A DNA stretch of 28,670 nt from a virus (lineage: Duplodnaviria; Caudoviricetes). This document shows, piece by piece, positions 16,136 to 23,906 of the stretch; the stretch's first letter is position 1, and each line of letters starts with the position of its first letter. The position numbers were made by a program, and so were the translations under genes. The notes beneath the pieces were generated by a model that worked only from the letters and a program-made list of their open reading frames with translations, was not told where the DNA came from and did no database searches. Location of the stretch: positions 1 through 28,670 of IMG/VR virus record IMGVR_UViG_3300037458_001131, one strand, 5' to 3'.

Positions 16136-18676
16136 CTACTCCTCCTTGAATTGTCGGGTGTCGAAGACGGCGATGTCCTCGAGATCACCCCAGTGGGTGC
16201 CGACGCTGACCTCGACCGTCAGCGGGACGTTGATGAAGGAGAAGCTGCAGGTCGTCATCACCGAGGCCGCCGTCTCGATGTCCTGCTCCACCGTTGCCTT
16301 GGGAAAGCGGAACGTCAGGTCATCGTGGACGTTCTTGATCGCTTGCAGCTGTGGGCGGTTCTTCCTGTACGCGAGCTCGGAAAGGCGCGTCATGCCGTCG
16401 ACCACGATGTCCGATGCCGTCCCTTGGATCGGGCTGTTGATGATCTGGTTGAGGGTGAGCGGGCCATGACGACGCTTGCCGGTGAGCAGCTCCACGTACT
16501 TGTGCTCCTCGTAGAAGGAGAGGAGGCGCTTCTGCCACTTCTTGACCCCTGCGAACTCGTCCCAGAAAGCAGCGTAGAGATGCCTGAGCTTGTGCGCGGG
16601 GATCTTCAGCGCCTTCGCCACCGACTCGAGCTGCGAACCGAAGAACAGGGGGAAGGTCCAGACGTTCTTGACGTCCGACCGGAACAGCTTGAGGATCTTG
16701 GCGTCGTCCCCCTCCCCCTCCTTCTCGAAAGGGTCCAGCACGTAGGGGAAGTCCTTGGAGATGCGCTTCGCCCAGTCCTGATGGATGTCATAGCCTTCCC
16801 ACAGGGACGAGACCAGCCGACGGTCCTCCGAAGCCATGGCGATGACCCGGGCTTCGATCTGCCCGAAGTCGATGGCCACCATGAGCTCCCCCTCACCGAC
16901 GGACATTATGTTGCGGATGTACTTCTTGCCGCCGCGCTTGGGGAAGTTCTGTCCGTTCGGATCGTCGGACGCGAGCCTGCCGGTCTCCGTGCCGAACTGA
17001 TTGAAGTTCGGGTGCACCAGGCCGTCTGCGTGGATGTGCTTACCGCCGGGACGGAAGGGAGCGATGTACGTGCTCAGGAGCTTGCTGACGCCACGCAGTT
17101 CGAGGATCGCCGCAGCAACCGGATGCTTGATGTTGGAAAGCACCTCCTCGTCCGTGCTGTACTTGTCCCCCCGATACCCCTCCTTGCGTCGCAGGAAGTC
17201 GCGGAAGAACTCGGGGACGTCGGCGTTGCTCGCAGGGTTGAACTTCCGCCCTGATTGACGCTCCCACGCGCGGACGTCCTTGTTGCGTGCGATGCGCAGC
17301 TCGACCTCCTGCTGCTCTGCCGTCAGCTTGACCCCGTACTCCTGCACCTTGTCGGGGTCAACGATCCAGCCTTTGCTTTGCATCCACGCGAGGGACGCAG
17401 GGCGTGCCGTCTGCATCACGTAGACGGTGTGCAGCTTCTCGTCCATCAGCTGCCGCCCTTGCAGGCGCGCGAGCTGGTGGCAGTACTTCGTGTCCAAGGC
17501 GTTGTACTCGAGCACCTTGTCCAGCGGTTCGAGATCGAGCGCCTTGACGTTGACGGAGGTCAGCGCCTTGACGTTGATGGCCATGGTCGCCATGCACCGA
17601 TCCTCGAGCGACTTGCGCCACTGCTCGTTCAGGATGTGTGACTGAACCATCGTGTCGTTCCACTCGGCATGGAACAGGATGCCCGGGTCCTTGAAGAGCC
17701 ACAGCAGCCACTCGAGCTCGAACTTGGCATTGTGCGCCCAGATGGTCTTGCCGCTGGTCAGGAACTTCCACAGCATCTTGAGGAGCTGTGCCCGTTCCTT
17801 CTTCGTCCACTTCGACTCCCGATGGTCGAGGCAGAAGGCGTAGCAGTGCGTCCACGTGCCGACGGCGACGCTCAGGATGCGCGTGTCCTTCATGTACGGG
17901 CGGATGCCTGTCGTCTCGAGGTCGATGGAAACCTCGCCCTCGAAACCATCCAGCACCTGCTCGATCTCCCGCAGCCCCTCCTCACCCCAGGCCTTCTGCC
18001 AGGTCACGCCGCGCTTCGCGTCCTCGGGCTTGGGAAGTCTTGGGGACCTGACCTCCTCCTTGACGAAAGCGCACGCCTCGCGGATGTCGTGCTCGAAGAT
18101 TTCGAGCATAGCCTCCCCGTCCCTCTTGTCGTTCTGCTTGCGCATGACATAGGACGGATGCAGCATGGGGAAGAACCAGCAGACGTGCGTGCCGACGCGG
18201 ATCGGGATGCGCATCCCGCGCCAGGCCGTGATCTGGTCCGCGGTGGGGACGGCCCAGCGCAGGGGAGTCGCCCCGAACCCGAAGATGGCACGTGGCCGAT
18301 GCTTCTCGATGTCCTCGACTTGCAGGCGCGAGCAGCAAGCGATCTCCTGCTCCGTCGGCGTGCGATTGTCAGGGGGACGGCAGCGGATTGTGTTGTTCCA
18401 GCGCAGGTCCTTCTTGATCCACCCCGGCAGGCGCACCCTCAAGAACGTGCCTGCCTTGCCGATGAACTGCTCCCCCTGCGCGTCTTCGTTCGCATCCGGG
18501 GCCTCCCCGAGGATGTACACGCCCCCCTCCTTGTCGGAGCCGGTGGGGAGCATCTTCGGGTGCTCGAGGTTCTTCTCCTCCGCGTTGAGAGGGCATGTCG
18601 CGCACGACTTCTCCATCTCGAAGAGGGGCGGCTGGCCCAGAGCCCCCTTTCGTGCTTTCGTCATCAGGAAGCCCAT
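16136..18676 (-). CDS. polA: Family A DNA polymerase with an N-terminal family-4 uracil-DNA-glycosylase-like domain and a 3'-5' exonuclease
   Basis: UDG: CATCPL, GEAP..NED..G..FIG.AG, RCRPPDNR.P...EI..C, HPSY. Exonuclease: DLETTG, HNAKFE, YNALD. Polymerase: TGRLAS, DFGQIEARV, NSPIQGTASD, VHDD. Confidence 0.95.
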   Translation of the reverse strand: MGFLMTKARKGALGQPPLFEMEKSCATCPLNAEEKNLEHPKMLPTGSDKEGGVYILGEAPDANEDAQGEQFIGKAGTFLRVRLPGWIKKDLRWNNTIRCRPPDNRTPTEQEIACCSRLQVEDIEKHRPRAIFGFGATPLRWAVPTADQITAWRGMRIPIRVGTHVCWFFPMLHPSYVMRKQNDKRDGEAMLEIFEHDIREACAFVKEEVRSPRLPKPEDAKRGVTWQKAWGEEGLREIEQVLDGFEGEVSIDLETTGIRPYMKDTRILSVAVGTWTHCYAFCLDHRESKWTKKERAQLLKMLWKFLTSGKTIWAHNAKFELEWLLWLFKDPGILFHAEWNDTMVQSHILNEQWRKSLEDRCMATMAINVKALTSVNVKALDLEPLDKVLEYNALDTKYCHQLARLQGRQLMDEKLHTVYVMQTARPASLAWMQSKGWIVDPDKVQEYGVKLTAEQQEVELRIARNKDVRAWERQSGRKFNPASNADVPEFFRDFLRRKEGYRGDKYSTDEEVLSNIKHPVAAAILELRGVSKLLSTYIAPFRPGGKHIHADGLVHPNFNQFGTETGRLASDDPNGQNFPKRGGKKYIRNIMSVGEGELMVAIDFGQIEARVIAMASEDRRLVSSLWEGYDIHQDWAKRISKDFPYVLDPFEKEGEGDDAKILKLFRSDVKNVWTFPLFFGSQLESVAKALKIPAHKLRHLYAAFWDEFAGVKKWQKRLLSFYEEHKYVELLTGKRRHGPLTLNQIINSPIQGTASDIVVDGMTRLSELAYRKNRPQLQAIKNVHDDLTFRFPKATVEQDIETAASVMTTCSFSFINVPLTVEVSVGTHWGDLEDIAVFDTRQFKEE

Positions 18677-18678
18677 GC

Positions 18679-19734
18679 TCAGCTCCCGATGTTGGAGACG
18701 AGAGCCTCGAACCCGTCCTGCCCGCGCAGGGCAAACACCGCGGTGTTGAAGGCGATGCTGTCTGCGTACTCGAGCAAGGGCAACAAGCGCTGCCCCTCGA
18801 CCACAGCCTGCGCCTTGACCCCCTCTTCCTTGGTGGGGTGGCGGTCCTTCACTTCCCCGAGCGACCCGATGGCGGTGAGAGCCAGGCCATTGTCAGGGTC
18901 GAGGGTTGCCGTGACCTTCTTGATGGGCTCGTCCCGCATGACGAGCACGGCGCGGGCAAACGACCCTTGCATCCCCGCCGGCTTCTTGATCCACCCCTTC
19001 TCGGGCATCTTCTCCCGCAGGATCTTCTCGATGGGCATAGGGGCATCGAGCATCAGACGCGAGTACAGCGTCGCTTTGCCGAAGACGACCCGCACCCAAT
19101 CTTTGAGCACCTCGGCCTTACCGTCACCGAGGCTGCCGCGCAGGGAGATGAGCTGCTCGCAGAACCCTTTCGGTACGAGCAGCGTAGCGTCGCCGCTGAC
19201 CTTCTGCTTCTTGACCACGCTGCGCGTGATGCAGACGGCGTTGGACGACAGGAACTCGATCGCCCCCGCTTTCTTGTTCAGCTTGACGAGCACGCCGGTC
19301 AGCGCCTTCTGCATGGCGTCCTCCCCGACCGTCATCAACGCACGCGCAAGCCCTTCGGTGAGCTCCTTCGTCACCGTGAACTCGGCAAGCACGTCGCCCT
19401 TCGGCTCCTTGAAGATGAACGCGCTCTCGGGAAGGCTCTTGAGCGTCAGGCGCGAACGCCCACACTTGAGCATCACCTCCCCCTCGCGCTCGTCGTTTAC
19501 TTCCACCGGCTTGTTCGGAGGGAACGTGCCCAGCGCCGACAGGACGAGATCGCCGCGCAGCGCCCCGGTGAACGGGAAGTCCATGGGCGTGGACACCGCG
19601 GTTATATCGTTGAAGGCCAGCACGCGCTCCTTCCCTGCGTCGAAGCAGAAGTGCGTCAGGACGGGGATGAACTCGATGGAGCTCAGCGAGGACTTGATTC
19701 GCCCGAGCACCTCGAGCATTTCGGTGGGGGTCAT
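18679..19734 (-). CDS. DNA polymerase III beta-clamp-like sliding clamp
   Basis: 351 aa with IPVLTHFCF, AFND, LTGVLV, LLVP and LYSRL, resembling DnaN repeats. It is adjacent to polA and near the clamp loader. ATG 19734 is coupled to the dpdA stop. Confidence 0.75.
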   Translation of the reverse strand: MTPTEMLEVLGRIKSSLSSIEFIPVLTHFCFDAGKERVLAFNDITAVSTPMDFPFTGALRGDLVLSALGTFPPNKPVEVNDEREGEVMLKCGRSRLTLKSLPESAFIFKEPKGDVLAEFTVTKELTEGLARALMTVGEDAMQKALTGVLVKLNKKAGAIEFLSSNAVCITRSVVKKQKVSGDATLLVPKGFCEQLISLRGSLGDGKAEVLKDWVRVVFGKATLYSRLMLDAPMPIEKILREKMPEKGWIKKPAGMQGSFARAVLVMRDEPIKKVTATLDPDNGLALTAIGSLGEVKDRHPTKEEGVKAQAVVEGQRLLPLLEYADSIAFNTAVFALRGQDGFEALVSNIGS

Positions 19735-20795
19735 ACGCTCTCCTTGAATTGGTCGCGAAGCAGCCGCATGGTCAGCTTGCGCCCGCCGGTGTAGAAGGTG
19801 CCGAGATAGCACAGGTGGTCCACAGCCCCGAGCTTCTTCAACGTGTCGAAGGTGTCATTGATGGTGCGCCAGATGCCGCCTTCGGTGATCCCCGAGGTGT
19901 AGTAGTAGAGCTGGTACTCATCGTAGTTCATGCGCTCGCGGTGGTACCGGACGAGCGCCGCCGTCTTCTGGTCCATGAAGTGGTAGTTGATGACGGAGCG
20001 CGTCCAGTGGTCCGTGCGGATGTCCTCCGCGCTGAAACCAAGGGATTGCGCGTAGGCCATCGCCTCGTCGCTGATGACCTTCGGCAGCACGTCCACGTGT
20101 CGGTTGTTGGTCGCGCGTCCCTCCGTCACAGGAACAGCGAACGGGGTTGCCAGGTAGTTGTAGCCGTCGCCGTGCGCTGCCCTGCGCGGGAGCATGAGCT
20201 GTCCGTAGTTCGCCCACACCCGCGCCGTGGAGCTGTCCACGCTGTACCATGGGTAGCGCTTCAACACCTCGAAAGAGGCCACAGCAAAGCCGTGCACCTT
20301 CCACTTCGGCCGCCCCTTCGCGTCGCAGATCATGCGGAAGAAGGCGTCACCGTAGGGGTAGAAGCGCTTCTTCGTCATCGTCGACCCGAGGCCTCCGATG
20401 CCGATGTAGTCGGTGGTCTCCATGTACTTCTTGAGCCAGGAGTCCTCGGCGCCGAAGTGGATGACCGGCATCGGATGCAACCCCTGACGCAGCATCTCCC
20501 TGTAGAGGTCCCAGGTCACCTTCGGCTGGTAGATGGCATCCAGCGTGACGTAGAATCGGAAGTGCTGCCCGAAGGTGCGCAGGAACTCCATGTATTCGTC
20601 GAAGTACTTCTGGAACTCCTTCGTCTTCGTGTACTCGAAGTTGCTGTGCTGCGAGGCGTCGGCCCCGACAAGCTTCTTGGCCCCGTTCAGCTTCGGGGCA
20701 AACTCCCTGTGGTAGATGGAGAAGGCGCCGGAGTCCAATGCCACCGGTATTGGGTGTTGCGGTGGCGGCTTCTTGATCCTGAGCGTTGGTTTCAT
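19731..20795 (-). CDS. dpdA: DpdA DNA-guanine transglycosylase (TGT family)
   Basis: ALDSGAFS, VTLDAI, PMPVIHFG, YIGIGGL, KVHGFA and YPWYSVDSST. It clusters with folE and queD. Confidence 0.9.
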   Translation of the reverse strand: MKPTLRIKKPPPQHPIPVALDSGAFSIYHREFAPKLNGAKKLVGADASQHSNFEYTKTKEFQKYFDEYMEFLRTFGQHFRFYVTLDAIYQPKVTWDLYREMLRQGLHPMPVIHFGAEDSWLKKYMETTDYIGIGGLGSTMTKKRFYPYGDAFFRMICDAKGRPKWKVHGFAVASFEVLKRYPWYSVDSSTARVWANYGQLMLPRRAAHGDGYNYLATPFAVPVTEGRATNNRHVDVLPKVISDEAMAYAQSLGFSAEDIRTDHWTRSVINYHFMDQKTAALVRYHRERMNYDEYQLYYYTSGITEGGIWRTINDTFDTLKKLGAVDHLCYLGTFYTGGRKLTMRLLRDQFKESV

Positions 20796-21331
20796 TTCTT
20801 CACCTTGACGGCAATCACGGAGTCCTCCGCCTCATAGTGGTCCCAGGAAACGAAGGATGTTCCACCAGCTAGATCCATCAGGCGGAACATCCATGTCCCC
20901 GGGTTGGTTGATCTGAAGCTTAGGTCGTCGACCTTTAGATGCGCGTTGGTTCCGAGGGATGCAACGCACGGGATTCTTGCGACGACGACAGGAATAAAGC
21001 GAGCCCTTCGACACAACCCGCTTGTGGCTACGAGCTGTGCGAAGGACGCGCGGAAGCTAAGGCTGCACCAGAAGCCCTCTTTCAGGCAGTACTGCATGGA
21101 CGACACCCACTGCTCGAAGCCCGCCCCGTCAAAGCTCTGGTTCGCCCCGAAGTAGATGTGCCGCGGGCCGATAGGGCATTGGTCAAGGAAGCTCGAGATA
21201 TCGGGGATGGTGTGCCTGCCGACCAGAAAGAGGGTAGGGAGTCCGAAGGCTGGTGTGGCCTCCAACTCCCTACCGAAGTATGCCGTCACCTCCACGCCTG
21301 CCCGCCTGCGCAGGTTCTTGTAGGGGCGCAT
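20792..21331 (-). CDS. Hypothetical protein between folE and dpdA (179 aa)
   Basis: ATG 21331 with RBS GGAGGA. The stop overlaps the dpdA start (ATGA). Motifs E.TPAFGLPTLF.VG, HIYFGANQSF and KVDD..F...NPG.W. Confidence 0.7.
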   Translation of the reverse strand: MRPYKNLRRRAGVEVTAYFGRELEATPAFGLPTLFLVGRHTIPDISSFLDQCPIGPRHIYFGANQSFDGAGFEQWVSSMQYCLKEGFWCSLSFRASFAQLVATSGLCRRARFIPVVVARIPCVASLGTNAHLKVDDLSFRSTNPGTWMFRLMDLAGGTSFVSWDHYEAEDSVIAVKVKK

Positions 21332-21339
21332 GGTTCCTC

Positions 21340-21936
21340 CTAGACCACGCCGGTCCTCAGGGACAGGAACTCCGACCGCACCCGCTGGTCCTCGCGGAAC
21401 ACCCCGAGCAAGGAAGACGTCAGGGTGATGGCCCCGGGTGTGTTGACTCCACGGCTTTCCATGCAGAGGTGGCGGCACTCGATGAGCACACCGACACCCA
21501 GAGGGTCGAGGCACTCCTGGATGGCCTCGGCGATCTGGCGCGTCAACCGCTCCTGCACCTGCAAACGTCGCGCGTACAGCTGCGCGACGCGAGCAAGCTT
21601 GGACAGGCCGACGATGCGATTCCGAGGGAGGTACCCGATATGCGCCTTACCGAAGAAGGGCGCGAGGTGATGCTCGCAATGCGAGTAGATCGGGATGTTG
21701 GCGACGACCACCATCTCGTCATAGCGCTCGGCGCCATCGGCAAAGGTCTTGAGCAAGGACTTGGGATCCTGCCCCACCCCCGCACACCAATGGCGCCACG
21801 CTTTGTACACCCGAGCGGGTGTGTCCTGCAGTCCTTCTCGCTCGGGGTTGTCCCCGCAACAGGTAAGGAGAAGCCCCCTTACGAGGGCTTCTCCCTTTTC
21901 CTGCTGACGGCGTTGCCTCTCGCCGTCGTCCTGCAT
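21340..21936 (-). CDS. folE: GTP cyclohydrolase I
   Basis: REGLQDTPARV, SHCEHHLAPF.G, VGLSKLARV, RRLQVQERLT and HLCMESRGV. Confidence 0.97.
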   Translation of the reverse strand: MQDDGERQRRQQEKGEALVRGLLLTCCGDNPEREGLQDTPARVYKAWRHWCAGVGQDPKSLLKTFADGAERYDEMVVVANIPIYSHCEHHLAPFFGKAHIGYLPRNRIVGLSKLARVAQLYARRLQVQERLTRQIAEAIQECLDPLGVGVLIECRHLCMESRGVNTPGAITLTSSLLGVFREDQRVRSEFLSLRTGVV

Positions 21937-22688
21937 CAGGACATCTTGCCGAGGTTGCGCAGGATGCCGATGATGCGCTGAGCGCGCTTGTAGTTCAGCT
22001 CGATCTGCGCGTGCCCCTTCGCCTTCTTGCCGAGCGTGGCGATGACCTTCTCCTCGACCGCCTCGAGCGACAGCTTCGGCGCCTTGCAGACGATGTTGAG
22101 CGTCAGGTCGGAGACCGACACGCGGGGGCTGTCGTCCTCCTCGGCCTTGGCCTTGCGCTTGGCCTTCGGGGACTCCTCCTCGTCCTCGTCCTTGCGCTTG
22201 CCCTTGGCCGGCGCCTTCTTCGCCGCCTTGCCGCCGCGCTTGGCCTTCGGGGCCTCCTCCTCGTCCTCCTCCTCGGCCTCGGCCTCCTCGTCCTCCTCGG
22301 CCTTGGCCTTGGCCTTGCCGCGCTTGGCCGGCTTCTCGTCCTCCTCCTCGGCCTCGTCCTCCTCGGCCTCCTCGGCCTTGGCCTTGGCCTTGCCGCGCTT
22401 GGCCTTCGGGGCCTCCTCCTCGGCCTCGCCCTCCTCGGCCTCGCCCTCGGTGCCCGGCAGCGCCGGCGGGTCCTTCTCGGCGTTCAGCGCTTTCACCGCC
22501 TTCTCGTACCAGGCCTTGGCCGGCTTCGAGAGCTCCTCGTACCCGTCCTCGTCCATGCCGGCGACAGCTTCGGCGATGCGGCCAGCGAACTCGACCGGCG
22601 TCTCCTTCTTCTTCATCGGCTTGGCACCGGTGGCCTCGAGCAGTTCCTCGGCGACGTTGACTTCGGCTTGGGCTTTCTTCGTTGCCAT
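21936..22688 (-). CDS. Lys/Ala/Glu-rich low-complexity protein with charge-block repeats (histone-like / intrinsically disordered)
   Basis: ATG 22688 with RBS AGGAGG. Repeats of APKAKRGKAKAKAEE alternate with EEEDE runs. TGATG overlap with folE. Confidence 0.75.
   Translation of the reverse strand: MATKKAQAEVNVAEELLEATGAKPMKKKETPVEFAGRIAEAVAGMDEDGYEELSKPAKAWYEKAVKALNAEKDPPALPGTEGEAEEGEAEEEAPKAKRGKAKAKAEEAEEDEAEEEDEKPAKRGKAKAKAEEDEEAEAEEEDEEEAPKAKRGGKAAKKAPAKGKRKDEDEEESPKAKRKAKAEEDDSPRVSVSDLTLNIVCKAPKLSLEAVEEKVIATLGKKAKGHAQIELNYKRAQRIIGILRNLGKMS
22130..22450. repeat. Imperfect coding repeats (PKAKRG / KAKAKAEE / EEDE blocks)
   Basis: GCGCTTGGCCTTCGGGG occurs three times, and GGCCTT and CCTCCTCGG runs recur. 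Confidence 0.8.
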
Positions 22689-22713
22689 GATTGTCCTCCT
22701 GGACTTGTTTGGC

Positions 22714-22737
22714 AAAATGCCGCAGGGCCGCTGCGGC
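22714..22737 (-). terminator. Possible weak intrinsic terminator/attenuator
   Basis: Minus strand GCCGCAG-CGGCC-CTGCGGC (7-bp stem) followed by ATTTT, in an intergenic gap. Confidence 0.35.
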
Positions 22738-22745
22738 GCCGGGTG

Positions 22746-22943
22746 TTACTCCTTGACGACGATCTCAGCGGTCAGCATCTGCGCACGCAGACGCTCCGCC
22801 GCACGGATCGCGCTGTTCTTGCGGGTGTAGTTCTCGGAGTGAAACAGGATCTCCCCGTTCCGCCCCCGCACGCGAACCCACCACTCCGGGGGGTTGGTGA
22901 AGAGGCACTTGCAGACTTCCAGCTTCAGGGTGCGGCGAGCCAT
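22746..22943 (-). CDS. DUF1508 (YegP-like) small protein
   Basis: EWWVRVRGRNGEILFHSENYTRKNSAIRA matches the W.....NGE.I..SE.Y.....A pattern. RBS GGAGG. Confidence 0.8.
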   Translation of the reverse strand: MARRTLKLEVCKCLFTNPPEWWVRVRGRNGEILFHSENYTRKNSAIRAAERLRAQMLTAEIVVKE

Positions 22944-22956
22944 GGTGCTTCCCTCC

Positions 22957-23376
22957 TCAGAGTTCGGCTGACGCGCTGCACTTGCGCGTCTCGCCTACGG
23001 TGACCTTGACGAGCTGCACGCCGGTGCCCTCGAGTTGCTTCGGGCCGATGACGTTGAGCATGTAGTCGGCGATGTTCTCCGCCGTCGGGTTGAACGGCAC
23101 GGTGGTGACCGTCGGGTCGAGCTGTTGGAAGGCGCCGGCCTGCTCATCGTTGACCCACAGCAGCGTCCGGTGGTCCCAGTAGCGCTCGAGCCACAGGCAG
23201 AGCCTGTCCTTGATGACGCTGAAGTCGATGACCCGGCCGAGGTGGTCCAGCGCCTGTGCCTCGCAGTGGAACGTGAACAGGTAGTTGTGGCCGTGGATGT
23301 TGCGGCACTTCCCTTCGTGACCGACGACACGATGGCCGCACGCGATCTCGTGCTCGCGCGTTGCGGTGATCCTCAT
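22957..23376 (-). CDS. queD: 6-carboxy-5,6,7,8-tetrahydropterin synthase (canonical)
   Basis: GHRV..HEGKCRNIHGHNY (CxxxHGH), VIDFSVIK, WDH, NPTAENIA and ET...SA. Confidence 0.95.
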   Translation of the reverse strand: MRITATREHEIACGHRVVGHEGKCRNIHGHNYLFTFHCEAQALDHLGRVIDFSVIKDRLCLWLERYWDHRTLLWVNDEQAGAFQQLDPTVTTVPFNPTAENIADYMLNVIGPKQLEGTGVQLVKVTVGETRKCSASAEL

Positions 23377-23897
23377 GCTTTCCTCCTGACGAGTTGCGGC
23401 CGTGACGACGGCCTCTTGAGTTGCGGGCGCCCCGACAAGGATTCACCGGGGAGCAGGGGCTTGATCTCACCGGAGTTGAGCATCCGCCTGATGGCGACCG
23501 CATTGTTGTGCCGCGAGAGGGAGGTCGGGTACAGGTCGTTGATCTCCCACCGCCCCGGCCGATGTTCCGCCAGAACGTCTTTGGACTCCACCGTCTTCCC
23601 CCCATGCGTAAGGAAGTCTTGGCAGCCACGGCTGTGCCTGCTGGTCATGCCAATCGTGGCGGGGAGCCCGAGGTTGTAGTACTCAACGTCATAGCCGAAG
23701 GGGCCGACGCCCGTCCCCTTGTCGGTCATCACGTGCCCCCGATGCAGACCGTAGTGGATCCACAGGTGAATCGGCTGACGTTGGTACGGTTGCAGGTCCT
23801 GAGGGCCCTTGATGATGCGCTCCGGCGTCTCGAAGGCGTGAGTGCGCGAGGGCCTTTGCTTTTCCTGCGGCCTGTTCCTGAGTTTGAGCTTGCCCAT
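23373..23897 (-). CDS. Hypothetical protein with basic termini
   Basis: The ATG lies 9 nt after the primase stop, and the stop overlaps the queD start (ATGA). Confidence 0.6.
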   Translation of the reverse strand: MGKLKLRNRPQEKQRPSRTHAFETPERIIKGPQDLQPYQRQPIHLWIHYGLHRGHVMTDKGTGVGPFGYDVEYYNLGLPATIGMTSRHSRGCQDFLTHGGKTVESKDVLAEHRPGRWEINDLYPTSLSRHNNAVAIRRMLNSGEIKPLLPGESLSGRPQLKRPSSRPQLVRRKA

Positions 23898-23906
23898 GGT
23901 CGACCC

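Noticed and set aside
4845-18676. Pre-replicative base substitution (dZ-like system) suggested by MazG plus variant PolA
   Set aside because: No PurZ, DatZ or nucleotide kinase is visible. An intact-looking DpdA points to post-replicative insertion.
17669-19747. 692-aa plus-strand ORF (also 12520-14196, 22011-23003, 16151-17254 and 19749-20837)
   Set aside because: These are antisense shadows of clear minus-strand genes, expected from high-GC codon bias. They show no recognisable motifs.
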